Source: a virus
Lineage: Duplodnaviria > Caudoviricetes
DNA: 52,155 nucleotides
Direction: 5' to 3' (one strand)
IMG/VR virus record: IMGVR_UViG_3300044623_000381
Span: 1-52,155 of that record
This document shows positions 40,701 through 48,279 of this stretch, piece after piece (positions within the stretch are counted from its first letter, which is position 1; every line of letters starts with the position of its first letter). Under the pieces are notes generated by a model that was not told where the DNA came from, searched no databases, and saw only the letters and a list, made by a program, of their open reading frames with translations. A program made the translations under genes and the position numbers.

Positions 40701-42220
40701 ACCTAACAACCCTTCAGCTTGCTCGTAAATCTAAGGTTATATATAACCTTCCTTCTTGGCGTAAAAACCTTACTGGTGGCTGGTATACTATGGCAGCAAA
40801 CGGAGTGATTAACCCTAGCTTCGTAAGAGACATTAAGCGTCGTGCTGAGTTATTTGCAACGGGAGAGACGGACCAGGAGACAGAAGATCTGCGCAAGATT
40901 ATGGCTAACAATGGATTGCTTGCTCAGGACGTTAACGCTAATCTTTTGGGATTCACAAACGCTATGTACTCTCGCACTTTAACTGGAAATGACAAGGACT
41001 ACAATAGTTATGTTGACAGGGCAAGAAATCTAATTAAGAATTTTGACTCTGTAGTAGGTCAGAAATATGCTGCTGTTGACGACTACACTAAGCTTGTAGT
41101 CTTCCGTTCAGAGATTCAATCCTTTGCGAAGAAGATATACGGGAATTCATACGACTCGCTTACTGAGGCCCAGAAGAATAAGGTTCACGCTGAGGCGGCT
41201 GAGTTTGTGAAGCAGAACACACCAACGTTCTCAAGACTACCAAAGTGGTATGCATCACTTGCCAAGCTTCCAGCAGGAGACTTTCTATCTTTTGAGTTTG
41301 AATCCCTTCGTAGTTTCGGGACCAATATACTCAACGGACAGAGGGACCTTATGAAGGGTATGACCGATAAGACCCTAAGTAAGGAGCAGAAGGCTGAATA
41401 TATTGAGTCTGGATCTCGTCGCCTAGCTGGGTCTGCTGCAATTCTCGGGGCTCGTTTAGCTATAACCTCTATCTTAGCATCTCTTGCACTTGGGGATGAT
41501 GATGAGCTTGAGGAGGACATCAAGAACAACCGACCAAACTGGATGGAGGGCCACAGCATTATACCTACTAAAGTCAGTAAGGAAGGCATTGCAACCGTCT
41601 ATGACTATTCTATGGAGGATCCATATGGAAGCTTCTTTGACCTAGCTACAGACCCATTATCTTTCCCAGCGTATGTTGTTGACCTACTTCAGCCTAATAT
41701 GGGTATCTCGTTCTTAACTAATCTTGCAGAAAACAAGGACTTTTACGGAAGGGATATAACCAACAGCTACGACAGCAAACTAACGAAGGGGTACAAGTAT
41801 GGTGGTCACACACTAAAGTCATTGATTATTCCTCCGTTTATTGCATCATCGTACCGCGATGAGCAAAAACGTCTTGAGGCTGAGGCTGACAAGTACAGTC
41901 CTCTTGATGCTGTTGGACGAGTTGCTTCTCGTGCAGTTATCCGCGACTATGAGTACAACATCCCCGTTCAGTTCTACTACTTTACGGATCAGTTCCGTAC
42001 AAAGAAGGAACAGTACAGCGACTTAACTGGAGCATCTAGAGACAACAGGCTTGCGGAGCTTGACGAAATCAAGAAGATGTACAAGTCAATCACAAACATT
42101 GGAATCAAGAAAGGAAACTACAAAATGATTGCCGATGCAAACAAAAATGTTAAACGAGCGCTAAAACCAGCTGAAGAAGCTTACGTGCTGTACGGATACG
42201 AAATACCAGAGAAAAAATGA
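34733..42220 (+). CDS. giant ejection / large polyvalent protein with a zincin metallopeptidase and an ADP-ribosyltransferase-like domain
   Basis: 2495 aa; HEVFH (37529-37543) plus downstream EEFLA; HATKGSFDTFD...YGYGFYFT (from 39104); promoter TATCTTTG at 34720-34727. Confidence 0.7.
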   Translation: MNEELQSLIDRAMAAGRSPGQIISALKQNGLDDGGIMSADSYIKKKSPSDLKGSSSLSDLRPSVSESLGSERVQIGFDEAAIQQKKKAISDDAAAQVYTAVVKTKGDLNKIEDKQAFANAYTTYRSMSDDPMVSSLPQNPVAQNGQIDFAVVPALKKGATEYINDLIKQEEARKAKLGEKITVPILSEAAAGANALIGGVLKFNEMITGRDSELADFFLNDASTRGRDALIDYGLTEEDISKGLIGNISEGNIGTGLAIFGSTLVQQLPQLAAVALTGGAGLPLLAASAAGSGYASFEDRSDLSEGEKVLYGIGVGAAEYLAERLFLGDINAIRKALGKEGIEGLTKKELGDVMFGALPKGVRGVMEEGTEELLTSVAQQTLGKIIAGEEFNPIEIAESAIYGGTLGGSIYLLSRGSGAIVDPENEAKIQDLKKDLNKTQQAKSRPDIAEEEREILSRKEQETRQAINDFKAKDDDLVARMSEEDRVALKSIQDEISSIRRKNTIVKTEEGKQQLKKESLAAIQKLNNLKTKYDTQEEAGIPSPIVEGEAPIEVQPIEGASQETPQAGGVFQVPVEEGAEATAQTEVIAPIQATVFAAPFYDTKVNNIQEARAIRQSEPYINNLDTVRNASALFNLEIENIDESIGGFVNEAGDKIVEISNIIRVKGTPEDVQNYAAFLATSSPETQEATIAATYVEPDSETHNIDELTISVSDVDGAIEALKENDIYDFTINDSNNTITFLDFSKGADGDFMDNVGKFAKSLERKNISYEKRDIRAIDSKYIGPREREGIFSGIQETLVQQGQTGTELYKQVEQAIARNQEFLAKTSAPISEAIVAEEITEQAVEQEPIKNKKGLSSEQVNEAVSGAERLAKRLGLPTKIIVHNSRKEFNDAMDEVSKSGSVDAGVESGRFIPSANEIHLNLEDMTSEVPFHEVFHAAFVNRFGKRGQKVREKVATDFYNGIVRILRSGSEQDQLLADAVESFTRSGYYTAEEKPEEFLAQTAGFLSTSGDKISKSTMDKLIQWLNNFIAKIAPGVKVNTRGEFIDFMNSFSGALFYSQAEQTNAIDKLGEMEDGTIPLTESPIDVSPEQLKDSSSRKANYINTYISNKYIVDPEKVFEDFRKENGRDPKVWIWMSDQLKRGEYFNPKSGVRMSLEGGIGFAFDAENQKKNIVWASGLSDKTLTERTKDADFIWFMSGSPKSSFNFSKGTTKVFFAEIEAGMQNVKGQTIEGVEIKDGSFDEFIAVVNAIYDANTGKNWVNADKWTNVRKYLNDGKKGLIDKPIRKFVVENMMHEGEGKSMQIPVQKFLHETLGVPQKDVFHSLLRDEALVKNNVRNGDLTLIVKPTGIIRGSNVHDTYPTAITGKIVGVPNKIYSVLDVVPEEAKTVISTQTGLPIPNASPTTQIKTAVGDVGRIYKSIELQTKEANKVYDNILKESSSKSFQELSEASKAGLLIHATKGSFDTFDPQRIYGGARSLYGYGFYFTSRASKALDYGSKFIFTPLNKYNFLDIDAKANNDFANELKSLAEARILKLQGLFKGIELIPKSLKTPLDNALKISSTISGDSKYGKYSIDDLRKFLDNDYILSFTDFSEAMLSVGYDGFQTDDFYEAVIFNFGKLNDNLVKDEADYLKESSSRDVREEILDKEQLSFKQRAVNTAKTFVWSDTQKQIRVFKERMSSQIAEEGIQITKFTKSLNKLLKKADVQTLDLVGDIFDGTLTPENQRILESKPNGSLIFGQANAMRNYIDSFAEEFVNSPEFHAMPEETVNTIVDNFGQYMRGSYRFWKDKNFKPSNAARREAIAYEYEILRAKSIGQLTKLSGLTESEADDFFELLHDETLAQATKVIDDYIADIEKIRNGSDFKKLGIVSPSGIKLPSEQFLRRKELPETIQNLLGKERDPIIRFIDTTIALSNIKYKGHMLYAISESLGGTQFIKNEVTDAEKSTGEYKEVKDKFSPLNGRFVHRDVYEAITNQNIYESDNIWMSGYLTTLQLARKSKVIYNLPSWRKNLTGGWYTMAANGVINPSFVRDIKRRAELFATGETDQETEDLRKIMANNGLLAQDVNANLLGFTNAMYSRTLTGNDKDYNSYVDRARNLIKNFDSVVGQKYAAVDDYTKLVVFRSEIQSFAKKIYGNSYDSLTEAQKNKVHAEAAEFVKQNTPTFSRLPKWYASLAKLPAGDFLSFEFESLRSFGTNILNGQRDLMKGMTDKTLSKEQKAEYIESGSRRLAGSAAILGARLAITSILASLALGDDDELEEDIKNNRPNWMEGHSIIPTKVSKEGIATVYDYSMEDPYGSFFDLATDPLSFPAYVVDLLQPNMGISFLTNLAENKDFYGRDITNSYDSKLTKGYKYGGHTLKSLIIPPFIASSYRDEQKRLEAEADKYSPLDAVGRVASRAVIRDYEYNIPVQFYYFTDQFRTKKEQYSDLTGASRDNRLAELDEIKKMYKSITNIGIKKGNYKMIADANKNVKRALKPAEEAYVLYGYEIPEKK
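36330..36494 (+). CDS. nested +1-frame 54-aa basic protein inside the giant gene
   Basis: MILKKKQGYQVLSSKGKPLSKSNLSKEQAKKRLKQVEFFKYLSKKGLKPQPKQK; A-rich initiation region; overlies an acidic, low-complexity linker of the main frame. Confidence 0.5.
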   Translation: MILKKKQGYQVLSSKGKPLSKSNLSKEQAKKRLKQVEFFKYLSKKGLKPQPKQK

Positions 42221-42630
42221 AATACCTATCAACCCTACTAGTCGCTGCACTTCTTTCAGGATGCAGCGCCACCTATCATCTCAACAAAGCAGTAAAGAAG
42301 GACCCTTCAATACTGAAGCCAACTACCATTACGGTCTGGGATACCATCATCACCCCACCAGTGTATCTGGTTGACACAGTTGCTGTTCTGGATAATGGCG
42401 ATTCTGCGGTGATTGAAAACGACACCGTCAAAATTGTCATCACGAAGTACCAAGACAAGATGATAGTGAAAACCTTGGTAAAGGAAGTTCCCTACGCGGT
42501 GAGTGTCCAGGCTGAGTGTCCACCGCAATTAGTCCAGCCAGAAAGCAAAACGGGCAAGGTAAAAGATTACCTACTTTTGTTCTTAGCGGCAGCACTTGTC
42601 GTTATGATGTTTTTATACCGATTCAGATAA
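42217..42630 (+). CDS. lipoprotein with a C-terminal TM helix (unimolecular spanin-like)
   Basis: Lipobox LSG-C, beta-rich V/T/I middle, C-terminal TM YLLLFLAAALVVMMFLY. Confidence 0.6.
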   Translation: MKYLSTLLVAALLSGCSATYHLNKAVKKDPSILKPTTITVWDTIITPPVYLVDTVAVLDNGDSAVIENDTVKIVITKYQDKMIVKTLVKEVPYAVSVQAECPPQLVQPESKTGKVKDYLLLFLAAALVVMMFLYRFR

Positions 42631-42770
42631 TGGCTAAAACCAAAGCACAAACAGCATCAACCTTTAAAGCAAAGCCAAAGGTCTCAAGGCCTGGCGTACA
42701 TTCCAAGACCAAGAGCAGTAAGCTCAAGACCTCTAAGCTGTACTCCAAGTCCTATCGTGGGCAGGGTTAA
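42630..42770 (+). CDS. 46-aa basic protein ending YRGQG
   Basis: TAATG coupling; RPGVHSK...K.YRGQG pattern of small phage proteins. Confidence 0.6.
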   Translation: MAKTKAQTASTFKAKPKVSRPGVHSKTKSSKLKTSKLYSKSYRGQG

Positions 42771-42800
42771 AGAAAAAGACCCGTCTTACGAAGGCAGGCC
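42768..42800 (-). terminator. probable terminator of the nrdA transcript
   Basis: On the - strand: GGCCTGCCTT-CGT-AAGACGGGTC followed by TTTTCTTT. Confidence 0.55.
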
Positions 42801-42805
42801 CCTCG

Positions 42806-42886
42806 ATCCAGCAGTAGTTGGATGGTGCGTCACAAGGCCAGTAGCCTGTGACGGAAACTGCCCCCACGCCTCTTGCAGCAGCAAGA
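42806..42886. repeat. three hairpins sharing a C-AG(T/C)A-G loop
   Basis: Hairpins at 42806-42823, 42828-42853 and 42871-42886. Confidence 0.6.
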
Positions 42887-42896
42887 AGTAAAACAT

Positions 42897-44675
42897 CTAA
42901 CCATCGCAGGAAAGACAGTCGGGGCTCATAGCCTTTACGGCTATATCACCACGAAGCACAGACTCTGTTCGCATATAGTACAGCGTCTTGATTCCTTGAT
43001 TCCACGCCTCCATATGTACCTGATTGATCCACTTAGGAGTAGCCTCAGTAGGGAACGCAAGGTTCAATGATACAGACTGATCTATGTACTGCTGTCGGAT
43101 TCCCGCTTGGTAGATTAGATCCAGCTGATTGATTTCCTTGAAGGTCTTGTAGACCTCCTTCACTAGAACTACGTCCATCATAGGGTCAGCCTCATTGCTT
43201 TGTATAAGCTTACCCTTCTGGTAAATCCAGCCATCAAGCTCATTGATGTTCTGAACAGAGCCTTCGTCGGCTAGTATCTGGTCCCAGGTCTCTTTGTTGT
43301 TGATCCCTATCTTACGCAGAACCCTCTCTAAGGTTGGGTTCTTGCGTATGAACGTACCCTTTGCAGACTGCTCGGTGAATACGTTAGCGGCCCAAGGCTC
43401 GATGCCTGCACTTACGTTACCACTAAGCTTGGAGTTGGACACCGTAGGCGCTATAGCGCGTAGGTGGGTGTTGCGAACACCGAAGCCACGGCACCATAGA
43501 GGCTCTCCGAACATCTTAGCCATATCGCGGCTAGCACGCTCTGATTCCAGCTTGATGTGGGAGAAGATACGGCGCGTCTCGATCTGCGCCTGTAGCCCCT
43601 CAAATGGGGCTCCACGTTGCTGTAGGTAGGTGTGCCATCCGAGTACGCCCAGTCCAAGTGCCCGTCCCTTTTCAGCAGAACGAACCGAATTTTCGAAGCC
43701 CCTCATATTCTTGGCTTTCTGGATGAACTCCTCCAACACACCGTCCAAAAAGAACGTGGAGTAGTATACAACGTCTGTGTCCTTCCACTCGTCATACTTG
43801 GCAAGGTTCAGTGAGGATAAACAGCAAACAAAGCTGTGGGACTCATCGGTGTAAAGGGTAATCTCTGAGCAGATATTGGTCATAAAGACCTTCAGCCCGT
43901 TGTGCTTGTACATCTCGGGGTTCTGCTTGTTGACGTTGCCGCGGTACATAATGTACGGCTGGCCTGTAGCCTTGCGCTTCTGTAGTACTTTAGACCAGCG
44001 ACGGCGCGACTCATCGTCGCCGTCCTCTAGCTTCCGCATAAACTTATCGGATACAATGATAGACTGGTTTAGGTTGAGGCACTGGCGGTTGACGTCGCCC
44101 TTTGGCTCGCGGATCTCAATCCACTCCCAAAAGTCTCCGTGCTCTATGCTTAGGTTCACCGATGCAGCACCCCTGCGTACGTTGCCCTGTGAGGTGGCGA
44201 GTATCGTTGAGTCGTATATCTTACAGAAAGGGACCACACCATCGGTAGTCCCATTGCTGTTGGAGATAGGTGATCCTGCAGGACGTAGCATATTGAGTCC
44301 GATGCCTACACCACCGCCGTGCTTGGCCAGTAGCATAGTCTCTAGGTTCTTCATCCCGATGTCGTGGATGCTGTCGCCAATGTCAACGCCGAAGCAAGAG
44401 ATTGGAAGCCCACGATCTGTTCCCATATTGGCAAGTACTGGTGTGGCAAGGCCAAGCCAGTTGTTCCATATGTAGCCGTAGAACTTGCTGGCAAGCTCGG
44501 GTCGATTTAGGCGGTGTGCCGCCGCCTTAGCGACCCGTAGGTACGCATCCTTAGGCTTTTCGTCGTTGATGAGGTAGCCACGCGATATGGTCTTCACGTA
44601 CTCCTCTGTGTTTCCCCACTCGGGGAAGTCAACTCCGACTTCCCACCCTAGGCTCTCTGCAAAATTCTTAGACAT
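42897..44675 (-). CDS. nrdA: class I ribonucleotide reductase alpha subunit (short form, no ATP cone)
   Basis: ATPVLAN, PISCF, GGGVG, RRGA, NICSEI, IAPT, KTLYY, C-terminal CLSC. Confidence 0.95.
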   Translation of the reverse strand: MSKNFAESLGWEVGVDFPEWGNTEEYVKTISRGYLINDEKPKDAYLRVAKAAAHRLNRPELASKFYGYIWNNWLGLATPVLANMGTDRGLPISCFGVDIGDSIHDIGMKNLETMLLAKHGGGVGIGLNMLRPAGSPISNSNGTTDGVVPFCKIYDSTILATSQGNVRRGAASVNLSIEHGDFWEWIEIREPKGDVNRQCLNLNQSIIVSDKFMRKLEDGDDESRRRWSKVLQKRKATGQPYIMYRGNVNKQNPEMYKHNGLKVFMTNICSEITLYTDESHSFVCCLSSLNLAKYDEWKDTDVVYYSTFFLDGVLEEFIQKAKNMRGFENSVRSAEKGRALGLGVLGWHTYLQQRGAPFEGLQAQIETRRIFSHIKLESERASRDMAKMFGEPLWCRGFGVRNTHLRAIAPTVSNSKLSGNVSAGIEPWAANVFTEQSAKGTFIRKNPTLERVLRKIGINNKETWDQILADEGSVQNINELDGWIYQKGKLIQSNEADPMMDVVLVKEVYKTFKEINQLDLIYQAGIRQQYIDQSVSLNLAFPTEATPKWINQVHMEAWNQGIKTLYYMRTESVLRGDIAVKAMSPDCLSCDG

Positions 44676-44976
44676 TGTTGATTTTTGATTCTATGTTAAA
44701 CTTCATCTTACTATAACGATTTCGATATACTTTGTTTGTATCTAGTTCACGACCTACCGCCTTTGTAGTGGCGACCACCGTAGAGTGGTCTCTGTTTACT
44801 AGCCTACCAATCTCCGTGGTGGTCATTGATGAGTGCTCTCGCATAAGCTGAGTAAACACTTGGCGTGCCTCACGCACATAGGATATACGAGTCTTGTTAC
44901 GTATATGAGAAATGCTTAGTCCATACTCGTTTTTGACCTCATAAAAAACAATGGATGCTATTTTATTATTGTTCAT
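44668..44976 (-). CDS. stand-alone DnaA C-terminal (domain IV) HTH protein
   Basis: ARQV...L.RE...TTTEIG...NRDHSTV signature. Confidence 0.8.
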   Translation of the reverse strand: MNNNKIASIVFYEVKNEYGLSISHIRNKTRISYVREARQVFTQLMREHSSMTTTEIGRLVNRDHSTVVATTKAVGRELDTNKVYRNRYSKMKFNIESKINNV

Positions 44977-44987
44977 AAATTTAATTT

Positions 44988-45977
44988 TTACCAGATGTTC
45001 TCAAAGTCTTCTCCCTCGTTGGCCTTTGAGTAATCAGTAGGGCGTATAGAGAAAAAGTCAGTATGAGTATGGCCACCAGTTAAGTGGTAGAACCAATCAA
45101 GCTGAGAAGCCTTTGACTCGTCATAGTCAAAGATACCATCGTAGCCTAACTCCCGCAACTTTTCGTTGCCTCTTTTTTTAATAAACTCTTTAAGGTCCGA
45201 AGCCTTCAGGTTCTCGAGGTCTCCCATCTCAAACATCTTGTCGATAAAGTTTAGCTCCATATCAACAGCTACCCTAGCAGCTTCCTCAATCTTTTCCTTT
45301 ACTCCAGCGCGGATGTATGGGTCTTCCTCGCACATATGGTTGAACAGGATGCAGCCCATCTTGGAGTGGAGGGACTCATCCCTCACGGACCACTTCATCT
45401 GTTGACCGACTCCCTTTAGCAGGTTACGCATCTGGAAGGAGTAAAGAACAGCAAATGAAGAGTAGAGGGCCATACCCTCGGCGAAGGCAGAGAAGACCGC
45501 TATAGAGCGGGCGACGTCCTGACGTGCCTTGGGGTCTATCTTAAGTATTGTGTGGCTGTACTCGGCCTTAGTGTCAACTAGGTTCTCAAACCTAGCAACG
45601 GTTGCAGGCTCCTGAAGGAAGGCCTCAAAGTCCTCAAGCCCTAGCGTCTCGTTGAGGTAGCTGTAGGCGGTGGCGTGGATGGTCTCCTGTGAACCGAACA
45701 TCATAGCCATCTGCTTGATCTCGTGCTTGGGGAACCACTTGGTAACCATACCAGTCCAGTAGTCGGCAACAGCTGTCTCTGTCTGGGCGAAGCCTAGGAG
45801 GATGTTACCCACGAGGTTCTTCTCGCTTGGGCTTAGGTTCTCCCTAAAGTCCTTAACGTCGTTCTGCATAGAAATCTCCGTGTGCAGCCAAAACGCTTGA
45901 GCTTGCTTGAGCCAGCCTTCAGTATAGTATATCGGATATTCGAAAGGTTTGTAGGGGATACGTTCGTCAAACAGCAT
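44988..45977 (-). CDS. nrdB: class I ribonucleotide reductase beta subunit
   Basis: FWLHTEI, QETIHATAYS, EGMALYSSF, RDESLH, DFF. Confidence 0.95.
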   Translation of the reverse strand: MLFDERIPYKPFEYPIYYTEGWLKQAQAFWLHTEISMQNDVKDFRENLSPSEKNLVGNILLGFAQTETAVADYWTGMVTKWFPKHEIKQMAMMFGSQETIHATAYSYLNETLGLEDFEAFLQEPATVARFENLVDTKAEYSHTILKIDPKARQDVARSIAVFSAFAEGMALYSSFAVLYSFQMRNLLKGVGQQMKWSVRDESLHSKMGCILFNHMCEEDPYIRAGVKEKIEEAARVAVDMELNFIDKMFEMGDLENLKASDLKEFIKKRGNEKLRELGYDGIFDYDESKASQLDWFYHLTGGHTHTDFFSIRPTDYSKANEGEDFENIW

Positions 45978-45996
45978 AGGATTATTGTTAAGGTTA

Positions 45997-46024
45997 GAAA
46001 AGAAAGGGCCACACTAGGTGGCCC
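45997..46024 (-). terminator. terminator-like hairpin upstream of nrdB
   Basis: On the - strand: GGGCCAC-CTAGT-GTGGCCC followed by TTTCTTTT. Confidence 0.65.
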
Positions 46025-46046
46025 AAAACGGATTGCGAAGATAGTG

Positions 46047-46460
46047 CTACTTGCTCAATCCTAGCAACTCTGTGATGTCTTTTCCTAAAGAAATGTTGTA
46101 GTAACCCACCATCTTGACAATCATATTGTTATTGGTGAAATGCGTAGTCTTTGGCATCCTACGCTCCTCCCACTTGGGTTCTGGGAGTTCGCTCAATCGG
46201 AACGACCAGACCCCATTAGGGGTTGAGTTGATATAAACAGGGAGCGTACCAAACATTGCCGCCCTTTCGATAAGGGCGTCGTACTTGGCCTTCTCGATGA
46301 GTAGATCATCGTAGTGAAGGTTACGGCACTTAAGTTCTATGTCTGAGTTATGGACAAGAGAGTAGCAGTCGTACTTAGACATCTTATGCTCGCTGACCTT
46401 GAGGTCATCGGCAATTCTCTCCTTTATGAGGTTGAAGAGCTCCCTCTCGTACTTTACCAT
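46047..46460 (-). CDS. PD-(D/E)XK nuclease-like protein
   Basis: YDC...DIELKCR...LLIEKAKYD motif. Confidence 0.55.
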   Translation of the reverse strand: MVKYERELFNLIKERIADDLKVSEHKMSKYDCYSLVHNSDIELKCRNLHYDDLLIEKAKYDALIERAAMFGTLPVYINSTPNGVWSFRLSELPEPKWEERRMPKTTHFTNNNMIVKMVGYYNISLGKDITELLGLSK

Positions 46461-47533
46461 TCCTTGCAGAAGTTAAGTGCTTTCTCAATCACTTGATGCA
46501 TATCGTAGTATTTATATTCCGCTAGTCGTCCGCCAAGATGCAACCCATCAATCACGTCTGCCTGTGCCTTGTACTGGGTGTATCTCATTCTGTTCTCAAC
46601 AGTGTCTACGGGATAGTATGGCTCCGCACCACGAAAGTATTCTGATGGGTACTCTTTAGTCACAATCGTCACGTCGGAGTCTACATTGCGAGCAAAGTGT
46701 CGGTGCTCAATAGAACGAGTGAACTTCGTCACGTCGTCTGTGTAGTTGATTACGGCTGTTCCTTGGTAGTTGTCGGTCTTGTAGGTCTTCTGCTCAAATC
46801 GCAGGCTCCGGTAGTCAAGGTCCCCATACTCATAGTCAAACAACTCATCAATCTTGCCAGTGTATATGATGTTCTTCGCCTTAATGCGATGTTGGGCCAT
46901 CTTGAACTCTACCCCAAGCTCAAGGTTAATTCCGTCAAGTAGTTGTTCAAACATAGATGTGTAACCACCCATCGGTATTCCTTGATACTTGTCGTTAAAG
47001 TAGTTATTATCAAACGTAAGACGGACTGGGAGCCTCTTAATAATTTCAGCAGGAAGATCCTTAGGGTCCCTCATCCATTGCTTTTTCGTATAGCCGTATA
47101 CCAATTTTTGGTACATCAACCTTCCTATTGAGTTGATTGCCACCTCCTCAAGGTTCTTTGGATCGTCGAAACTTTTCATCTCCTCAAGCTTTTGCTTAAC
47201 CTCACCTGGTGTACTTACGCCGTAGACCTGATTGAATGTCCAAAGGTTGAACGGAAGCGAGAATAGCTCCCCGAGGTAGTTGGCTACGGGACTAAGCTTG
47301 AATGGTTCAAAGTAAGCAAATCTGTTTACATATTCCCAAACCTCCTCGTTTGAAGTGTGGAAAATATGTGGTCCGTATACGTGGACATCAATACCCTTCT
47401 GATTGGATGTGTAGCAGTTTCCCCCAATATGTGGGCGCTTGTCAATTACCAAACAGCTGTAACCCTTATCGGTCAGTTCTCTAGCACAGATGCTGCCATA
47501 CAGGCCAGCACCAACAATTAAGAAGTCATACAT
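46454..47533 (-). CDS. glf: UDP-galactopyranose mutase
   Basis: IVGAGLYG FAD motif, IGGNCY, YGPHIFHT, RLPVR, YQGIP..GY, PYYP, GRLAEYKYYDMHQ. Confidence 0.95.
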   Translation of the reverse strand: MYDFLIVGAGLYGSICARELTDKGYSCLVIDKRPHIGGNCYTSNQKGIDVHVYGPHIFHTSNEEVWEYVNRFAYFEPFKLSPVANYLGELFSLPFNLWTFNQVYGVSTPGEVKQKLEEMKSFDDPKNLEEVAINSIGRLMYQKLVYGYTKKQWMRDPKDLPAEIIKRLPVRLTFDNNYFNDKYQGIPMGGYTSMFEQLLDGINLELGVEFKMAQHRIKAKNIIYTGKIDELFDYEYGDLDYRSLRFEQKTYKTDNYQGTAVINYTDDVTKFTRSIEHRHFARNVDSDVTIVTKEYPSEYFRGAEPYYPVDTVENRMRYTQYKAQADVIDGLHLGGRLAEYKYYDMHQVIEKALNFCKEW

Positions 47534-48279
47534 TACAGCTTATGCCTAAACAGAATCTTCTTCCCGTTATTCATAGCAAAGCTGTCTTTGTAGTAGCATC
47601 CAATTGGATTTCCACCGTGGCCGTGTGAATGCATTTGATATGACATTTCAATGACGCGGTATCCCATAGTATTGACGATTAGGCTAAGTAGCCATTGCTG
47701 TTTTGCGTAGTGAGTAAACATAGAGTCCACACGATCCCAGTACTCAAGATATTTTTCGTATACGCTCCACCAAGTCTTCTTATTCATAATGAGAACACCA
47801 GTATTATATACCTTGATCTTACGAAGGTCTATATCGGTAAGCCCAGGAACAACAGCTCCAGTATAAGACAGTCTCATTGCCTCGTCATATAGAGTGTCAT
47901 CAGGTGATGCGTTGTAGCCTACAAGCACATCATTGTCGCCTAGATTACGCAACAGTTCAATCTCACCAGAAGACATACGACGCTGTAGGATTATGTCCCC
48001 ATCGGTAAAGCAGATAACATCATCATCTGCTAGGTCAGTCATTTCTTTGCTGTTTAAAAACTCGCCGTGCTGGATGCAATTGTTTTGGTTTATGACCTTA
48101 CAGTCATCCATTTTTATGTGCGACACCTTAATCTTTTTGAACCCAGACTTAATCGGTTCTTCGTCGAGATATATAAGGTAGTTCTCGTCAAAATTACTGT
48201 TTGTCTGGATGGACTCAAGATATGGAAGTATCCTCAGGTAGTATCCCTTATCGCTTCCGGTTGCTAAAACAAGTTTCAT
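47533..48279 (-). CDS. GT-A fold glycosyltransferase-like protein
   Basis: DxD motif (FTDGD), YNTGVL, ..QQW..; coupled to glf. Confidence 0.6.
   Translation of the reverse strand: MKLVLATGSDKGYYLRILPYLESIQTNSNFDENYLIYLDEEPIKSGFKKIKVSHIKMDDCKVINQNNCIQHGEFLNSKEMTDLADDDVICFTDGDIILQRRMSSGEIELLRNLGDNDVLVGYNASPDDTLYDEAMRLSYTGAVVPGLTDIDLRKIKVYNTGVLIMNKKTWWSVYEKYLEYWDRVDSMFTHYAKQQWLLSLIVNTMGYRVIEMSYQMHSHGHGGNPIGCYYKDSFAMNNGKKILFRHKL

Noticed and set aside
42771-42896. tRNA or hammerhead ribozyme in the inter-arm hairpin cluster
   Set aside because: No cloverleaf with a T-loop or acceptor stem; GAAAC is present but the CUGANGA core is absent.
43294-44475. + strand ORFs opposite nrdA (up to 199 aa), and similar antisense ORFs over terL, portal, fibre, giant and primase genes
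   Set aside because: These are shadow frames of well-supported genes, with no motifs or expression signals.
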